The notes under the pieces were generated by a model. That model searched no databases, had not been told where the DNA came from, and was given only the letters and a program-made list of their open reading frames with translations. Both the position numbers and the translations under genes were made by a program. This document shows, in pieces, positions 62,701-64,000 of a stretch of DNA of 64,000 bases. Origin of the DNA: Amoebophrya sp. A120 (lineage: Eukaryota > Protista > Dinoflagellata); NCBI GenBank assembly GCA_905178155.1, contig CAJINV010000002.1, positions 2,698,226 to 2,762,225 on the forward strand, written 5' to 3'. Numbering within the stretch: position 1 is the stretch's first letter; every line of letters begins with the position of its first letter.

Positions 62701-64000
62701 TCAGCATCACAAACTTTCCTTGTATTGCAGAAACACTAGGGAAATCCCTAATGAAGTTTGGCTGTGATGCATTTTTACGCATGACAAACAATTTTGTATT
62801 GCAAAAATGCGCATGAGTGATCGTGACGAACTTTTTTTCTTTGATATCGAACAATCAGCACCTGTTTCACAGCAACCCGTCCAAGATCTCCATTAACGCC
62901 AGACGGGTATTATCAAGTGCAAATATCCCTGGATGTCTGGAAAGATGCAAGGTTTGTCGTGCTAGTCCGGCACGGCTCTGAACTTTGTATATTGCGTGGC
63001 CACAAGCAGCCTCTCTTGACTGTCATGCAAAAATAAGGCAGTTTCTCATGCGGAATACGCAGCACAGAAGTTGAAGCACGAAAAAACTTGTCATGCTTGG
63101 CGGCGCTTTACAGTGCGCTTGCTCTTGGCTGACTTGCATCACAACTTCCCAGACCCAGTCATAGTTGCATTTGATAGGTATTGTTTGCGTGGCTGAAAAG
63201 AACGCGACGGCACGCCAGGCGAACGGAAGAGATCGCGCTTGCGCAGAAGAGAATAACCAAACTGGAGCGGAAACAGCAACAATTACGCGAGAAAAACGCC
63301 GGAACTTCTTCTAGTATTACATCGGCTGCGAAGGGAGCAGGAGGTGCTGGGGGACCAGAGGAAAATGAGACTGCCAACTACAAGCCGTCAAAATTTAAGC
63401 CAGCAAAGCGGCGGAAGCTCCTTCGCATCGACCGGTATCTGGATGATTGGGAGGAGTTGGACAGTATCCACTGCAAATATGTATCTATGGGTCTGGAAAC
63501 TTGTGATGCTGAATTGTGGATGACTGAAATACTTCCCCATGCAGCCAAGCATGACAAGTTTGCCGCACACTTTCTCATGCGCAGTCGGCACGAGAAACTG
63601 CGCTTTTGTATGACAAAAGACGGCATCTTTTTGCTAGTCATGCAACACAGATTTTACAGGAATGGAGGACTACCATTACAAGTTCCATGCTTCCAGACCC
63701 AGACATATTTACAGTCGATAGACAGACTCGCCATGGCGGATCCAGTGAAGCTGATCAAGTCGCATTTGGAACGAGTCACGTTATCCTGAGTAAAATTGTC
63801 CCCACATCGGAGTCAAGAAGGGAAATCTGCTACACAAATCAACTCGCTTTGGTTGTTTCGCATGACAAGTCTGCCCTCGTACTGTGATCCTGTTTAGCTT
63901 TAGTTCAGAAGCATCACAGATCTAGCATATCGTGCTGGTTCTAACATCACAACTTCCAAAACACGACTAGAAAATGCTTCTCATGGTGCTCCGCATGAGA
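56751..64000 (+). CDS. Hypothetical coiled-coil/low-complexity protein, possibly N-myristoylated; runs off the window
   Basis: Starts MGAKVS (MGxxxS); exons separated by 19 introners and GT-AG intron 59175-59362. Confidence 0.65.
56799..57038. mobile_element. Introner type E
   Basis: DR gcggt/gtggt. Confidence 0.85.
57090..57411. mobile_element. Introner type C
   Basis: DR ggcga/ggcca. Confidence 0.88.
57420..57672. mobile_element. Introner type A (divergent)
   Basis: DR cactt/gactt. Confidence 0.82.
57744..57952. mobile_element. Introner type L
   Basis: DR cccac. Confidence 0.88.
58300..58508. mobile_element. Introner type D
   Basis: DR agagg/ggagg; interior inverted relative to 15634-15843. 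Confidence 0.85.
58558..58774. mobile_element. Introner type D
   Basis: DR agagc/ggagc. Confidence 0.88.
58889..59102. mobile_element. Introner type B-like (degenerate)
   Basis: DR agttg. Confidence 0.8.
59468..59606. mobile_element. Introner type B
   Basis: DR acgca/gcgca. Confidence 0.82.
59656..59974. mobile_element. Introner type A (degenerate)
   Basis: DR ccaac/ctagc. Confidence 0.8.
60061..60314. mobile_element. Introner type A
   Basis: DR acaat. Confidence 0.9.
60367..60543. mobile_element. Introner type B
   Basis: DR tgatt/taatt. Confidence 0.85.
60608..60847. mobile_element. Introner type F
   Basis: DR gacgc. Confidence 0.9.
60893..61130. mobile_element. Introner type A
   Basis: DR aacgg/aaggg. 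Confidence 0.85.
61479..61798. mobile_element. Introner type C
   Basis: DR gaaga. Confidence 0.9.
61838..62152. mobile_element. Introner type F with internal insert
   Basis: DR gtcgg. Confidence 0.9.
62641..62846. mobile_element. Introner type K
   Basis: TIR ..agaaaaaaagttYgtcac; DR tcgaa. Confidence 0.88.
62911..63176. mobile_element. Introner type A
   Basis: DR ggtat. Confidence 0.88.
63465..63720. mobile_element. Introner type A
   Basis: DR gacag. Confidence 0.88.
63782..64000. mobile_element. Introner type E (partial, window end)
   Basis: Left TIR tatcctgagtaaaattgtccccac. Confidence 0.82.

Noticed and set aside
1-64000. Recurrent peptides in the ORF track (KCKNVWVWK, FQTQTFLHLI, LPDPDIFA, MQKCLGLEE) as a repeat protein family
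   Set aside because: They are translations of introner TIRs in all frames and both strands, interrupted by stops
1-64000. rRNA, tRNA or dinoflagellate spliced-leader relics
   Set aside because: None recognised by eye; tRNAscan/Infernal could not be run

Overview
Eukaryotic, gene-dense window. All nine well-supported genes lie on the + strand. The architecture matches what has been reported for the parasitic dinoflagellate Amoebophrya (Syndiniales); this taxon call is inferred from architecture only. The ORF track is fragmented because the genes are interrupted by about 78 non-canonical, transposon-like introns (introners, ~140-325 bp). Almost all start TAT and end ATA, carry ~25-35 bp terminal inverted repeats (TIRs) of at least 12 types (my labels A-L), and are flanked by a 5-bp direct repeat (DR). 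Removing element plus one DR copy restored the frame wherever I traced it. Reconstructed genes: a His-box membrane fatty-acid desaturase (5203-9040), a family II DHH/DHHA2 Mn-dependent pyrophosphatase (19381-22627), a diacylglycerol kinase (34041-48418), two paralogous signal-anchor proteins with unrelated Cys-rich C-termini, and four low-complexity hypothetical proteins. A few canonical GT-AG introns also occur. Most unusual: inside one DGK exon, a 38-92 bp exon segment occurs five times (40375-44992) and separates captured genomic fragments and a 1.8-kb element with inverted repeat arrays. Also present: two probable non-LTR retro-insertions with 14-16 bp TSDs, and one short internal motif (GCATNACA) shared by all introner families and several canonical introns. 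Coordinates were read by hand and may be off by 1-2 nt.
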